Assembly (NCBI GenBank): GCA_946965045.2
Contig: OX337238.1
Location: 2,976,001-3,040,000 of the forward strand
Source of the DNA: Epithemia pelagica
Lineage: Eukaryota; Protista; Bacillariophyta
Direction: 5' to 3'
Length of the DNA stretch: 64,000 nucleotides
Positions 34,357 through 47,838 of this stretch are shown here, piece by piece. The notes beneath the pieces are model-generated. The model was not told where the DNA came from, did no database searches, and saw only the letters and a list, made by a program, of their open reading frames with translations. Made by a program: the position numbers and the translations under genes. The number at the start of each line of letters is the position of its first letter. Position 1 is the stretch's first letter.

Positions 34357-35568
34357 ATGACAACAGCACTGAAACAGCAAGCAAAACAATCTGGGCTTGC
34401 CTTTCTGGACAGTGACAATAACAGTCTTGCGCCTAATTGGAATACCAATGACTGGCCTCCCCTTTTGGGTGGGTGGCGTAGGCACCATGATTCAGTCGTG
34501 CTCGACCATCCCGAACAGGATAACAATGCACAGACGGTTGTTGTTTTGGGAGGATACAAACAAAATCAAGGCTTGACCAACTCAGTTCTGCTGATGAATC
34601 TGGCAGAAAAAACTAAGCAATGGCGGGAAGGACCGCCGTTAAACAGCAACCGAGCCTATCATGCTGCGGTGATTTGTAGTGGAGGAGTTTACGTGCTCGG
34701 AGGACACAACGGAAGTTCACGATTGAATAAAATCGAACGGATTGATGTTGCAAATTTGTGCTCGGAATCAATCGAAAGCTCTACCAGAAACCAATGGACG
34801 GCTTTGACTTGTCGATTGACTACGGCAAGAAATGGATGTTCGGCTGTTGTCGTGCACAATCGCTATATTGTCGTGATCGGTGGATCCAACGGAAACTTTT
34901 TGTCGTCGGTTGATATAATCGATACAGCTGCGCCAAGCAACCACACTGTGATTGTGGGACCATCCATGACAGTTCCTCGGTCTGGTTGTGCAAGTGCTGT
35001 CATTGGCCACCGCATTTTTGTTGTTGGAGGCCTCACCGGGTACAATGGAGATGATTTCAAATCAGTGGAGTATTTGGAGATTCATGATTTTCCCGGCAAT
35101 GAGACAATGGACACAGCAAGTGCAGTGTTTACATCCTCACGCCGTTGGACGAGTCACAACGAGGTCAATCTTTCCATCGGACGATGTATTCATGCAATTG
35201 TAGCTGTTGGATCATGTCTTATTGTGATGGGAGGTATCTTGGCCCCGGAGACTGTTGAAGTCGTGGACACTCGACGGAACACTGTGTGGACCTTTCCCCA
35301 ATTAACAGGGTCACGTTATTCATGCAGTGCTGTGGTTCACTCGAGGGGAATTGCTGTGATTAGTGGAGATGACAATGCTTCTTGTGCGACACTATCGTTG
35401 TTTGACAAGAATACGTGGTGTTTTCGTCGACTCATTGAGCAGGTGCCAAGTACAATCTTTGGAACAAGCAGAGACTCACTGCGATCTGCTCAAGGGTGTA
35501 CTACAGCATTGAAGGAGTCCGGTGAGCGCTCTAAGAAGAAGTCATCAACTGGCAAAACTGAGACGTAG
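34357..35568 (+). CDS. Kelch paralogue K6 (403 aa)
   Basis: Six Kelch blades; ACCATG start. Confidence 0.9.
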   Translation: MTTALKQQAKQSGLAFLDSDNNSLAPNWNTNDWPPLLGGWRRHHDSVVLDHPEQDNNAQTVVVLGGYKQNQGLTNSVLLMNLAEKTKQWREGPPLNSNRAYHAAVICSGGVYVLGGHNGSSRLNKIERIDVANLCSESIESSTRNQWTALTCRLTTARNGCSAVVVHNRYIVVIGGSNGNFLSSVDIIDTAAPSNHTVIVGPSMTVPRSGCASAVIGHRIFVVGGLTGYNGDDFKSVEYLEIHDFPGNETMDTASAVFTSSRRWTSHNEVNLSIGRCIHAIVAVGSCLIVMGGILAPETVEVVDTRRNTVWTFPQLTGSRYSCSAVVHSRGIAVISGDDNASCATLSLFDKNTWCFRRLIEQVPSTIFGTSRDSLRSAQGCTTALKESGERSKKKSSTGKTET

Positions 35569-35744
35569 AAAGTGTCAATTCTAAAAAAAAATCTTAGGAC
35601 TAAAACGCAGTCATGAGAATGATTACTGCGAATCGAAGTGCTTGCTGTCCTTCCTGAGAACAATATGCGTTTACAAACATGCGGGGAGAAATGTACATCA
35701 CGTTGTGTAACATAAACGAACAACAGCAAACATATAGTTACAAC

Positions 35745-36400
35745 TCAAAAGTAATCACTTTGTGTTGTTGGTACGATCTTTTGTAACCCAAGGAACGATC
35801 CATGCGGGCTGGTTATAGCACAAGCGCAAGAAACAACAGTCGGTCTGCTCTTGGGTAGAACATCCTCTCCTTGTTCGATAGTGTTCTCGTTTGGGCGACA
35901 AGGGGACGAAACAGACACTGCGGGAGAAATGGGATTCCAGACGTTGGTCAACCACAATAAGGGCCTTCCCACAAGATCACTATCATCGTGAGCTGCAGCA
36001 TCCTTTCCACGACGACGACAAGTATGGTGGTCCCCAAATGGAGGATGCAACTTCGAATCGTCCTCCTTCTTGTGGATCCGGGCCGACGACAACAACGGTA
36101 CGTTCGTTTTCATTGCATGCCTCGTACCATCATCACCACTACTACAACTATCATTGGTGCTGCTGCTGCTGCTGCCGCAAGTCCACCGAACGAATCCAGG
36201 TGCCGCCAAGACCGATGATGATAAGGACGAAAAGGATGACAATGAGGAGGAAAACGAATCGAATACTTGATGGTTTCGAGTGATGGACGACGACAAGACG
36301 GTTGCTACGTTGGGAACAATCGTTGGTGTCACGTGATTGTCGTTGATGTTGTTTGGAGGGTCTTGCAGTCGAAGTGGTGGTGGTGGTGGTCCTTTTTCGG
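35745..36400 (-). pseudogene. Internally deleted relic of the low-complexity family, convergent on K6
   Basis: Homologous to ~11810-12300 and joined at ~35868 to sequence homologous to ~11210 via CATCCTC microhomology. Confidence 0.7.
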
Positions 36401-37491
36401 AAGGAAACAGCTGGTGGTACTCGATCGAACCGTTCTCACATCGTCCGTGTCGTCGTAGGTGTCTGCTTCCTTTTCGGAAAGGTTGCTGACCTTGTCGAAA
36501 GGGTTATAAATTATTTGTGTTTGAATCGACATTCTGAGAGCGACAATGAAATGAGGGGATGACTTTGGGCGCCTCCCTTTCTATTTTGGTCTTACTGGTC
36601 ATGCTCTTGTGCTGATTCGAGCGATTCTTCCAGAGTCCCAACCACACATGGACCACACATGGACCACAACATCTACCCACAGACGGACAGTCCAAACGTT
36701 TGCCTTTTCTTGGATTCGATCCAGCCGCTGTAAAGTGCTCTTCTCTTTGCTTTGTTTTGTCTTTGTTGTTGTTTGTTTGGGGATATCGTTAATTGTTACT
36801 ACGACTTTCTTGTTCTTTCCGGAACCACAATGTCATGATGGTCTCTCTTTTGTCATCCTCGTCTCTCGTCGTTTCGCCGAGAGTCCTTTACAGTTCGCGT
36901 CACAGTCCTACACCCTACACTGAGTTCTCTACTACTTATCTGATTGGAAGGCATCCGAGTCCCGAGTCCGAAGTACTTTCGCGACTATACTCGAACCTCC
37001 GATTCCGATCCCGTCTCAGACGCCCGCGACTCCACATAAAAAAGGAATCCCCGTCTGTCCGAGTCACGGATGTCATGGGCTAACAACAAAAAGATCCAAT
37101 CACCATGACGACCTACCGACAAAACGACGGCCCACACCTACATTCGCACACGTTACCAGTGTGTTGGTTGTGTCAAGAATGACGACGGCGGCAATCCTCC
37201 AGACACACTCACTCACTCCGATGAACAGCACTCTCCAACCGCCATGACGGATGATTTGCGCAGAGAATGGTTCCTTTTTTAGGAGGATGATGCCAGCCAC
37301 GAAACTCTCATCCTGTCGTATTAGTCCCCAGAACAACCACTACAACCACTAGGACGACACTGCTGCTGCCAAGCGGCGAATGAGCCACAACAAGCCAGCA
37401 AAAGCACTCTATATACCAACACCAACCCGAACACCAACACGAAAATGACGCTGTTTTTTTGGAACGAGGCGCGTGCTACTGGAATGGCGAG

Positions 37492-37525
<34 letters not shown>

Positions 37526-38678
37526 CCACAGGAGTGCCAATGACGAGAAGAATCGATTGCCGAGCATAGAGAGTCTCTTCTTCTTCTCCTTTTCATCCTC
37601 CGACGACAAGGTCCGTGGTGGTCTATGTATAAAGATCGTTGGCAAAACATCCAACATACAGACAGACAGGAATGGGGGAGCTGGTGGAGCATTCGACAGG
37701 ATGCCGCCGTCCTCGTTGCCGAATTTCGCGGGTCCTTTTTGGGCCACTATTTAATACATGAGGATGATACCCAGCCCGAAACGCCGCCATGGAGCTCTAC
37801 ACCAGTCATCCTCGAACCAAACCAAAATAAAACAAAACCATGGAGCCGCATTCACAACCACCACAACCACAAGGACGAGGACTACACAATGCTGCGACAA
37901 ACTGGAGCAAGAGACTAGCATTCTACCATAACCATTGGCACTGTTTCGCAACGACTTGTTGAGTTGCGACACTGCTCGTGCCACACAGTGAGGAGAGAAC
38001 GAGCGATGATGAGGCTAATGATTGAACCATGAGCTCACAAAGAGAGAGCCAAAGTCGCTGTCTCAACGTGGAAGCTCCTAGCATTTGTTGCATCTTTGCG
38101 TTTGCCAGTGTGGGACAACCGTGTGTGATCGATGATTGGATTGGAACCTATGGATTTGGCCCATTTCGTTGCGCATGGAGGAGGATAGAGCGTTTGGCTG
38201 TGATGCTGATGTATTGTACAAACAGCTAGAAGGAATTTGAAAAGTGCCTCAAGACTGTAACTGACAAGTACTGCTAACTTACCAATATACAGTGGCAAAG
38301 GGGTTCCAGTGAGGCCACGCGTTCTTCTAAATGGTCAGTGTATTCGTGGAATCTCTGGATTTGTGCCGAAGCAGTTATTTTCGTGGATGGTTTTGGACCC
38401 GTTCATCTGTCCAAGGTCATCCATCCGATGACTCAAAGAAGGATGGTTTTGGACGTGTTCATCTGTCCAAGGCCATCCATCCGAGGATATACGACCATGA
38501 TTCAAATCGCCGCGTAGAGGTGCGTCCGTCGTTGCTGCCGTCTTTGGTTCCTGCTTTGGTGTGAAAGGTCCAAAATATTCAGTCCATTTTGTTCGGAGTC
38601 CATTTTCGTATTTTTTTGAGGAGAAAGACGAAACTCTGAGGTCCATTCCTTGGTGCTGTCATAAAATCTGCAAGTACC

Positions 38679-39896
38679 ATGACGACTACACAGCAACAGC
38701 ATGCAAACCAATCTGGGCTTGCCTTTCTCGACATTAATAATAACAGTAACGAGCCACATTGGAATACCAGTGACTGGCCAACCCTTTTGGGTGGGTGGCG
38801 TCGGTGGCATGCATCGGCTGTGCTCGACCATCCCGACCAGGATAACACTGCACAGACGGTTGTTGTTTTGGGAGGATACAAACAAAATCAAGGCTTGACC
38901 AACTCAGTTCTGCTGATGAATCTGGCAGAAAAAACTAAGCAATGGCGCGAAGGACCGCCATTAAACCGCAACCGAGCCTATCATGCTGCGGTGATTTGTA
39001 ACGGAGGAGTTTACGTTATCGGAGGACACAATGGAAGATCATGTTTGGAAAGTATCGAACGGATTGATGTTCAAAATTTGTGTTCCGAATCAATGAAAGG
39101 CTCTACCAGCAACCAATGGACGACACTGACTTGTCGATTGTCTACGGCAAGAGATGAATGTTCGGCTGTTGCCGTGCACAATCGCTATATTGTCGTGATT
39201 GGTGGAAACAACAACGGAAAGTATTTGTCATCGGTTGATGTAATTGATACAGCTGTGAGAAGCAGCCATACAGTGACTGTGGGACCATCCATGTCAGTTC
39301 CTCGGTCTTGTTGTGCTAGCGCTGTCATTGGTAATCGCATTTTTGTTGTTGGAGGCTACAATGGGCACAATAGACAAGAAGGTCTCAAGTCAGTGGAGTA
39401 TTTGGAAATGTATGATCCTTCAGGCATTGAGACAATGAACACAGCAAATGCAGTGTTTTCATCCTCATATCGTTGGACACGTCATGACAAGCTCAATCTT
39501 TCCAGCCGACGGCGAGATCATGGAGTTGTAGCTGTTGGATCATGTCTGATTGTTGTGGGAGGTTTCTTAGCCCCGGAGACTGTTGAAGTCTTGGATACTC
39601 GCCGAAATTCTGTGTGGACCTTTCCCTGATCAACAGGGCCAGATAATGGGTATAGTGCTATGGTTCACTCGAGGGAAATAGCTGGGATTGGTGGAAGTGA
39701 CAATGCTCCTTGTGCGACACTCTCCTTGGTTGACAAGAATACGTGGTGTTTTCGTCGACTGATTGAGCAGGTGCCGAGTAGAATCTTTGGGACAAGGACA
39801 AACTCACCTGGGTCTTCCCCGGAACATACTACAGCATGGAAGGAGTCTCATGAGCTCCCTAATGAGAAGTTATCATCTGGCAAAACTGAGGCGTAA
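38679..39896 (+). pseudogene. Kelch paralogue K7 with an in-frame TGA at 39627-39629 before blade 6
   Basis: TTTCCC-TGA-TCAACAGGG where paralogues have CGA/CAA/CCA. The frame continues to 39896. Confidence 0.85.
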
Positions 39897-41993
39897 AAAG
39901 TGTCAATTGAGCAGTACAAATAGTAGGAGTAAAACTCAGTCATGAGAATGAGGGTTCGAAGTGGTTTTGCTGTTCTTCCTGAGAACAAGATGGGTGTACA
40001 AACATGATGAGCGAAATGTACATCACATTGTGTAACATAAACGAACGACAGCAAACATATAGTTAGAACTCACTTCAAGCAATCACTTGGGTTGTTGCTA
40101 CGATCTTGTAGGACAAAAGGACCGATCCATGCGTGCTGTTTAGAGGACCAGCGCGAGACAAAACAGTTGGACCTACTGCATGCTGTCCTTGGAAAATATT
40201 AAGTGCGTCCGCTGTTTTCTGTCGGTTCCATCACGATCTTCCTCTCTTCTTCGGGTGCAGTGATTCTTTCGGTCCATGATGTTGTTGATCTGCGGTTGCG
40301 TGTGAGCAGGTTTTGTGAGGATTCCAGATCGTCGCTCCGGGCCGTCGCTCACGCCACTTCGCCCGGCGCTGCGCCGGCGAATTCGCGCCGTATCTCAAAA
40401 TCCACAATTGCGAATTGCGATAGTGACCATGGAAGTGACAAGAAATGCCGTTCCGCTGTGGATTTGGCCAGTCCAGCATTCTATGTTATGCACGCCACAG
40501 TCACCAAGACGAACTGGAAGTGTTCTCAAAGCACCACCACAATGGCGAATAGATACAAGCCACTTCGCAAGGAACGCGTAATGACATGCTCATTGACATG
40601 CTCGTTGCCGATACCAAGAAAATCTCCAGCAAAGCAAGGTCGTAGCCACACACACATGCAGCCCCAATTCAACGTTCTCCAAAGCCCGTAAGACACCCTC
40701 TCCCGAACGATTGGGCTTTATTGTGTCGTATGGAAACAAGATCATGGCCAAATTATGGCCTCCATCATGATATCGCAGTCGCTGGAACCAGAACAGATCC
40801 TCTGAACATCGCTAAGCTCTATCAGCATTGCCCTTGAATTGTTGATTGTCTACGGGGACAGGCGGCTGTTACCGTGCACAATCGATAGATTGTCGTGATT
40901 GGTGACTACCGCAACACTGATATTAGGTCCCCAGAACAACCACAACGACACTGTTGCCAAGCTAAGGAGCCACAACAAGCCAGCAGAAGCATTTTACAAT
41001 GTGGAATTCTTTTGCTGGTTCTGCGTCTATAGTACCATGACATTGGACTTTTTGTGGAACGATCCATAAAACAGCATGGACACACGCGCGCTTAAGACAA
41101 TCCGTCTTGTGGATGAGCCACAACAAAAGCCAGCAGCAGTGTACTCTACCATCATCACTATAACACTGGAAGTGCGAGACCTCGCCGTGCCACATGAGTG
41201 CTTGCTGGACTATCTTTTGGATAGTTACTGCCGAGAATAGAGTCTCTTCTTCTTCTCTCCTCCTTCTCCGACAAAAGGTGTGGACCAAGCGCCAGCACGA
41301 ACAAAACAACGAAGGCCCACCATCAGCGGTACATCGTGTGCAAAAGTCCAGCACCAAGACAATTGGTGCTGGTGGAACCGTACCAGACGGTAAAGCCGGA
41401 TTCGAAAAGTCGTCGTTCTCGTACTAGAGTTTGGCGGACGCTTCCTTGTTGCCCATATAAAATGATACGTGAGGTTGATACCTAACCCCGAACAGCCGCC
41501 ATGTTTAGATCCACCAATCCTCGAAACAACTACCACCACAGCAGCAGTAGTAACAACAATCACAACCACCACAAGGCCGACAATGACTGCAGTGCGGCTA
41601 CAATGGAGCAAGAAAGCCAACGGTATACCATGACCCACAACCAAACGAGGCGTCGAGTTGTGACATTTCTCGTGCCACATTGTGTGCAGAGAACGATCGA
41701 TGAGGGTGTTATGGATTCATCATCATCATCACACCGAGAGAACAACCAGTCTGTCTCACTTTTTTCTCCGAAAACACAATGTGGACCTATAGAGTGCGAC
41801 GTTCCCACAAACAAGAAGATGAAGAGAAATAAGGGCTGCTATATTTTTATTAGTATTCCCCCAAATCGTCCTTACAGACTTGATTGATTGAACCGTACGA
41901 GACGGCATAATAGAATGTGTCAAACTATTCGGATGTTTTGTGTATTTGGACCCTTTTATCTGTCCAAGGTCATCCATCCGATGAATAAAAGAA

Positions 41994-42120
41994 GGATGGT
42001 TTTGGACGTGTTCATCTGTCCATGGCCATCCATCAGATGAAGAAGGATACCATGATTGACATCGCCGCCGTGGAGGTGCGTCCGTCGTTGCTGCCGTCTT
42101 TCTTTCCGGTTCTGGTGTGA
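41994..42120 (+). promoter_or_regulatory. Kelch leader: hairpin plus 22-codon uORF (42052-42120)
   Basis: MIDIAAVEVRPSLLPSFFPVLV* with ACCATG context. Confidence 0.5.
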
Positions 42121-42343
42121 AAGGTCCAGAATATTCCGTCCATCCGTTGATTCCTCGTCCGGACCGCCGTTCGATATCAAGGCCGGCGCCACACCGTGTT
42201 ATTTTCTGGGATTTGCGGTTTTGAGAAGCCGTTCGTCATCCAAGGCCACGTTATCGTATATTCTGGGGATTTGAGGAGAAAGACGAAGCTCTGAGGTTCA
42301 TTCCTCGGTATTGCCATCAAATCTGCAGCTTCGGTTTGGTACC

Positions 42344-43555
42344 ATGACGACACTGCAACAGCGAGCACAGCAATCCGGGCTTGTCTTTGTTGACAGTGAC
42401 AATATTAGTGATGCGCCACAATGGAATGTCAATGACTGGCCTCCCCTTTTAGGTGGGTGGCGTTGGTGGAATGCATCGGTTGTGCTCGACCATCCCGAAC
42501 AGGATGACAGGGCACAGACGATTGCAGTTTTGGGAGGACGCAAACAAGATCGACGCTACACCAACTCAGTGTTGTTGTTGAGTTTGGGAGATGAAAACAA
42601 GCAATGGCGGGAAGGACCGCCACTGAACGACAACCGAGCCGATCATGCTGCGGTGGTTTGTCGCGGAGGAGTTTACGTGATCGGAGGATGCAACCGAAGT
42701 TCAGACTTGGATACTGTCGAATTGATTGATGTTCAAAACTTGTGTTCAGGGGCGGCGGTACGCACCACCAGCAACCAATGGACAACCTTGAATTGTCGAC
42801 TGACTATGGGAAGAAAAGGATTTTCGGCCGTTACGGTGTACAATCGTTATATCGTCGTCATGGGTGGATGCTGCAACGGAAACTATTTGTCGTCGGCTGA
42901 TATAATCGATACAGCTATCGCAAGCAACCACACTGCGATTGTGGGACAATCCATGACAGTTCCTCGTTGTGGTTGCGCAAGTGCTGTCATTGGTGATCGC
43001 ATTTTTGTTGTTGGAGGCTACAATGGGCACAATGCAGAAGACATCAAATCAGTGGAGTATTTGGAAATGCATGATCCATCCGGCAATGAGACAATGAACA
43101 CAGCAAGTGCAGTGTTTCCATCCTCATGCTGTTGGACACGTCATGACAAGCTCAATCTCTCCATCCGACGGAGTGATCATGCAGTTGTAGCTGTTGGATC
43201 ATGTCTTATTGTTATGGGAGGTCGCTTAGCCGTGGACAGTGTTGAAGTCTTGGATACTCGCCGAAACACTATGTGGACCTTTCCACTATCAACAGGGCAC
43301 AGTTTTGGCTGTAGTGCTGTGGTTCACTCGAGGGGAATTGCTGTGATTAGTGGAGCTGACAATGCTTCTTGTGCGACACTATCGTTGAGTGACAAGAATA
43401 CGTGGTGTTTTCGTCGACTCACTGAGCAGGTGCCGAGTGCAACCTTTGGGTCAAGAACAGACTCACTGCGATCTGCTCCGGAACCTGCTACAGTATTGAA
43501 GAAGTCTGGCGAGCGCCCCAAGAGGAAGTTATCAACAAACAAAATCGAGACATAA
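42344..43555 (+). CDS. Kelch paralogue K8 (403 aa)
   Basis: Six Kelch blades; ACCATG at 42344. Confidence 0.9.
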   Translation: MTTLQQRAQQSGLVFVDSDNISDAPQWNVNDWPPLLGGWRWWNASVVLDHPEQDDRAQTIAVLGGRKQDRRYTNSVLLLSLGDENKQWREGPPLNDNRADHAAVVCRGGVYVIGGCNRSSDLDTVELIDVQNLCSGAAVRTTSNQWTTLNCRLTMGRKGFSAVTVYNRYIVVMGGCCNGNYLSSADIIDTAIASNHTAIVGQSMTVPRCGCASAVIGDRIFVVGGYNGHNAEDIKSVEYLEMHDPSGNETMNTASAVFPSSCCWTRHDKLNLSIRRSDHAVVAVGSCLIVMGGRLAVDSVEVLDTRRNTMWTFPLSTGHSFGCSAVVHSRGIAVISGADNASCATLSLSDKNTWCFRRLTEQVPSATFGSRTDSLRSAPEPATVLKKSGERPKRKLSTNKIET

Positions 43556-43729
43556 AAAGTGTCACTTGAGAAATATAAATACCAGGAGTAAAACACAGTC
43601 ATGAGAATGAGAGTTCGAAGTGCTTGCTGTTCTTCCAGAGAACAAGATGCGTTTACAAATATGCTGGAACATCACGTTGTGTAACATAAACGAACGAACG
43701 CAAACATATTTAGAGCTCACCTCAAGCAA

Positions 43730-44480
43730 TCACTTCGTTGTTGCTACGATCTTGTGGCACAAGGAACGATCTGCTTTGTTGGACCTTCGGCATTGTAGTG
43801 CATTGCAGAAGTCCATGCGGACTGGTTGTAGCACAAGCGCAAGAAAAAACAGTAGGTCTGCTCTTGGGTAGAGCATCCTCCGAATGCAGACTGTCACATA
43901 AAATCCATGCGACGAGTAGTGTTTGATCCAGAGACGAATCGTGACATGGCAATAGTCGTACCATGCTAAGTCCTCCATTCCAATGGTTCCTTCTGGAACA
44001 TGACACTGTACTTTGTCCTCATCTTTGTTGTTGACGTGCCGTCATGCTTGTTCTTGTGGTGTCGGTGGGAGTATCTCCTCCTCCCTCATTGACGATTGCC
44101 AATGATAAAGATCCTGGAGGATCCAGGCATGGTGGTGGGCATTCCTCCTGATGCTGGGGTACGAACGACTTGTTGTGGTGGTTGTTGGTGGATTCCATAC
44201 CAGAACAAGTGTCTACGAGCCACGAAGAAGAAGAAGAACTACCAGAAATAGAATCCTTCTCATGCTCCACCCATGGTGTTGGTGTTCTTGTTGCGTCAGC
44301 GTTTGGTTCTGACTGCTCTGGCTGATGTCGTTGTTCTTGTTCATGCTGTGGGCTGTGAGAGGAGTAGGACCAACACACCATTCTTGACACACATGACAAT
44401 CACCAGATTTCTTGCCCGAACGACCCTGTGGAAGAAAGCATCTTTGGCGGCGTCTTTTGTGTTTCTTGTTGCTAGTGCAA
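43730..44480 (-). pseudogene. Relic of the low-complexity family with a ~1.3-kb internal deletion
   Basis: DTCSGMEST...PPPCLDP...MTARQQQ is joined at ~44020 to VQCHVPEG...MEDLAWYDYCHVTIRLWIKH. These segments are ~1.3 kb apart in the intact gene. Confidence 0.75.
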
Positions 44481-44618
44481 CTTATTGTAAAGTATGTTCA
44501 TGAAAATGGATGCACATGGAGCAAACGGGTGAGCCTCTGTCCTTTCGCATTGCCTTAGGCGACAAAAAGGCACCTTGAAACGCCGGAACAAATAAATGAA
44601 ATCGGAAGGCAAAGAAGC

Positions 44619-46014
44619 TTACTTAGTGAAAGACCCAGCTATCGAGGGCACAGAAGGGGCGAACCGCGAAAGAGTCTTCTCCGCCTCAAGCTCCAACAAG
44701 AAATCACTTTCCAAAGAAGAAATAGACGACATTTCTCCATGATCCATGTACTGATGCTTCTTCCCTTGTTCCATTGTAACTTCTAGACCCTCGACCTCTT
44801 TTCCATTGCCGTTCTCGATATCAATTTCAGCTGCATCCGATCTTGTTCGTTCGTAATCATAGTCATCCTGCGCGACGGCAGAGGCTCGCAAACGGAATTT
44901 ATTGCCAACGGACCAAACCACAGTGGCGCGGGCTAACAGCAGCAAGATTGGGTCTGGAGCGACATGGAGACCTGTTTGGAAGGTTTCTACATCATTGTAA
45001 CTGAAACGAATCTTACAAACCGCTCGATGATTTTCAAGGGGTAGCGAAGTTTCAGAATCAGGAATAGGAATGAAAGCATGGTCAAGAGCAGAGACAGCCT
45101 CTCGAAGTTTCTTGCGGCGGGATAACCGCAGAGCCGACGCCGATTCCATGAGCTTTTTCTCGGCCTTTGTTGCACTTGAAGGCACGAAAGGGACATCGAA
45201 ATTCATCAATGACTGGACCAATGCACACGTAAAAAAGTCAAGTAGGCAAAGGGCCTTCTTCACGTCTGCATCTGTCGCGTCCAAGACTGTGATGTTATCC
45301 ACGTCAGTCATCCCGACCTCTTTCGTTGCCCATTTCTGACTCTTCCCATCATCGTTTGCTCCAATCAAAACAAAAGTTTCGTACTCTTCACCGTTCCAGT
45401 CTTTGCATTGCTCTATAGTCCGGATTGGCAGAATCAGTAACTGGGGGTCCTCCTTGTCCAGGAGTGTTTCGTGGCCATTGATTCTAGCCTTGTTCGCTAC
45501 AAAGTGTCTGAAACCACAGCCAAATACTCGTTTGTTGTCTTTTCCTTTTGTTTCGTGAAGCATACGCAAAACTGTTGACCAGTCTGTGTTCTCAGGATCT
45601 ACTCCCATAGCCCAACATGCGACGTCATACCATTCGACCGCATGGCCCGGGGCATCTGGAAGAAGATGGGCAATTTCGCTCTTCTTGCTTTCTTCCAATA
45701 ATCGCGCAAAGATATCAACACACAAAATTTTTACCTTTGCTCTCTAATGAAGCAATCTTAACTTTACCCTCCATGGTCTTTTTCGTCGTAAGGAATTCTC
45801 GCACTCCGTTTTTCCCGCCAGGTGCCAAGTAGTCTGGTTGTCGCGTGCGTTTGAATGCCCTAGCCCAGTCATTCCGCTTGGCGCCGTTTTCGAAAGTTAT
45901 GCCGTCCAAAGTATGCCATTTCGTACGACTTTTGGGAATTAGTTCTTCAAGTGAGTAAAAAGTACTCTCCCTTTTCGATGAGAAACTCTCTGTATTCTTC
46001 ATTTGCCGTGGCAT
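44619..46014 (-). CDS. Putative HNH-like (HNH_2-type) nuclease-domain protein, frameshifted at ~45720
   Basis: 368-aa ORF with DIF...SEIAHLLP, FRHFVANKARI...LLD...LLILP and HVAPDPILLLARA..WS. Upstream ORF 45715-46014 joins if one base is removed from an A5/T4 run. Family call is from remembered motif resemblance only. Confidence 0.45.
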
Positions 46015-47838
46015 CTCCCGATCGTACCCTCTCCAAAAACTCCTCTTTTTTTCTTCTCAGCTTTTCCTCTGCGTTTTTCTTTTCTGGCAGAGGCTCATTC
46101 TCTTGCCCTTCTTTGGTATATCTACTCTCTCATGCTCTTCGTTTTCAATGATGATGAATGAAAACCGGTGGTCTCTGTTCATTTTGTTCATCGGTTGGAG
46201 GATTCCCGAGTCCCCAGTCCCCAGGTACTTTCGAGCCCATACTCCAAAGTCGATCCATCCGATCCCGTCTCAGATGCCCGCGCGACCACAAAAAAGTTCC
46301 CCCCAGCACCTGCAACCCCCCCCCACTAAACGGGGCATAGCAGGAGTAGCTAGACTAACATTACTCTATTAGCTCTAGGTAGTAGGAGTAGGAGTAGCAA
46401 CAAAAGAAGCCAAAAGATCCATAGATGTGCTTCTTTTCAAACGAACCACACAATGATAAAACGACAACACTAACGACGGCCCACACATTGGCTCATTGCC
46501 AGTGTTTGTGTCAAGGATAATGCCGGCAATCCAGAAGCCAGACAAACTACAATACAACTCGGTGACCCACCACAACCGTAATAACAACCAGGACAAGGAC
46601 GATGCTGCTTCCAAGCAAATGAGCCAATACAAACGCACTCTATACCATCATCCTTACTAAGACCAACACGACGAGAATGATTCCGCGGTTCCAAACTAAG
46701 GCGTGCTGCTCGAATGCCGACATTTTTCTCGTGTCACATGATGAATGTGGATGACAACAAATCGATTGCCGGTTGGATAATATAGAGTCACCACCGAGGT
46801 TGTATTCCCTCCTTCTCCGACAACATGGGTGGACCTCAAGTGCCAGACGGTTTGTTTCCAAAAGTGAGAGGCGTGCTGCTGGAAGTGCGAGACGAGACCT
46901 CGCCGTGGCACCCACACAGTGCTTGCTGAACTATACTGTCAGATCCAACGAGAACGTGTATCGAAGTTTGCGAATCGTCCAAGTTCACAGCCACAATTGT
47001 GTTGTTGTTGCTGGTGGTAAATGACGAGGTATAAAGGTAGAACCATACCAGACGGCAAAGGAGGAGAACCAGCCGGATTTAAAAAGCTGTCGTTGTCTTT
47101 GTTAAATCCGTCGTCTTTGCAGAATTCCGAGGGTCCTTTCTGGCCCATATAGAATGCGTGAGGAAGAAACCTAGCCCGAAAAAACACCCATCAATCCTCG
47201 AAATAATCACCACAGCAGCAGTCACAACCACAACAACGAAGATTGATGTGATTGCTTCTACTGATCCTCTGCTCCAGTACAAAAAGTCCAATTGAATCAT
47301 TCAATTTCCGGAAGAATCGTTCCAAGTAAAGTATGGAGGGTTTGGAATGGAATCCATTTCTCCTCAGAGTTGTGATATTGTGGTGAGTATTCGAAGAATT
47401 GACCATTGACCATGCATGGCTGTGTGACAGACTGAGCTCCCGGCCGCTCGTTGGAAACGAAGAAAGGAGAATGTAATGCCCATTCAAATGAGACTTGCTT
47501 TCTTTGTGCTTGTTGTTGTCGGTACCTACGTTGGAGTTGGTACAAGAGTTGTGTAAATGCCCTCAAGACTGCAACGGACAAACAGTACTACCGATACAGT
47601 GACAAAACGGTTCCAGTGAGGCCAAGCCCACGAAATGGGATTGTCAGCGTTTGTGGAATCTCTGGGATGGTGCGAGGGTGGCTTTTGTCTTGGTGGACCC
47701 TCAAAGGATGAAGGATACAATGATTGAAATCGCGCCGTAGAGGTCCGTCCGTCGTTGCCGCCGTCTTTCCTTCCGGTTTTGGTGTGAAAGGTCATCACGT
47801 TCGGAGTCCATTTTTTAGTGTTGGAAAGTACCACGACG

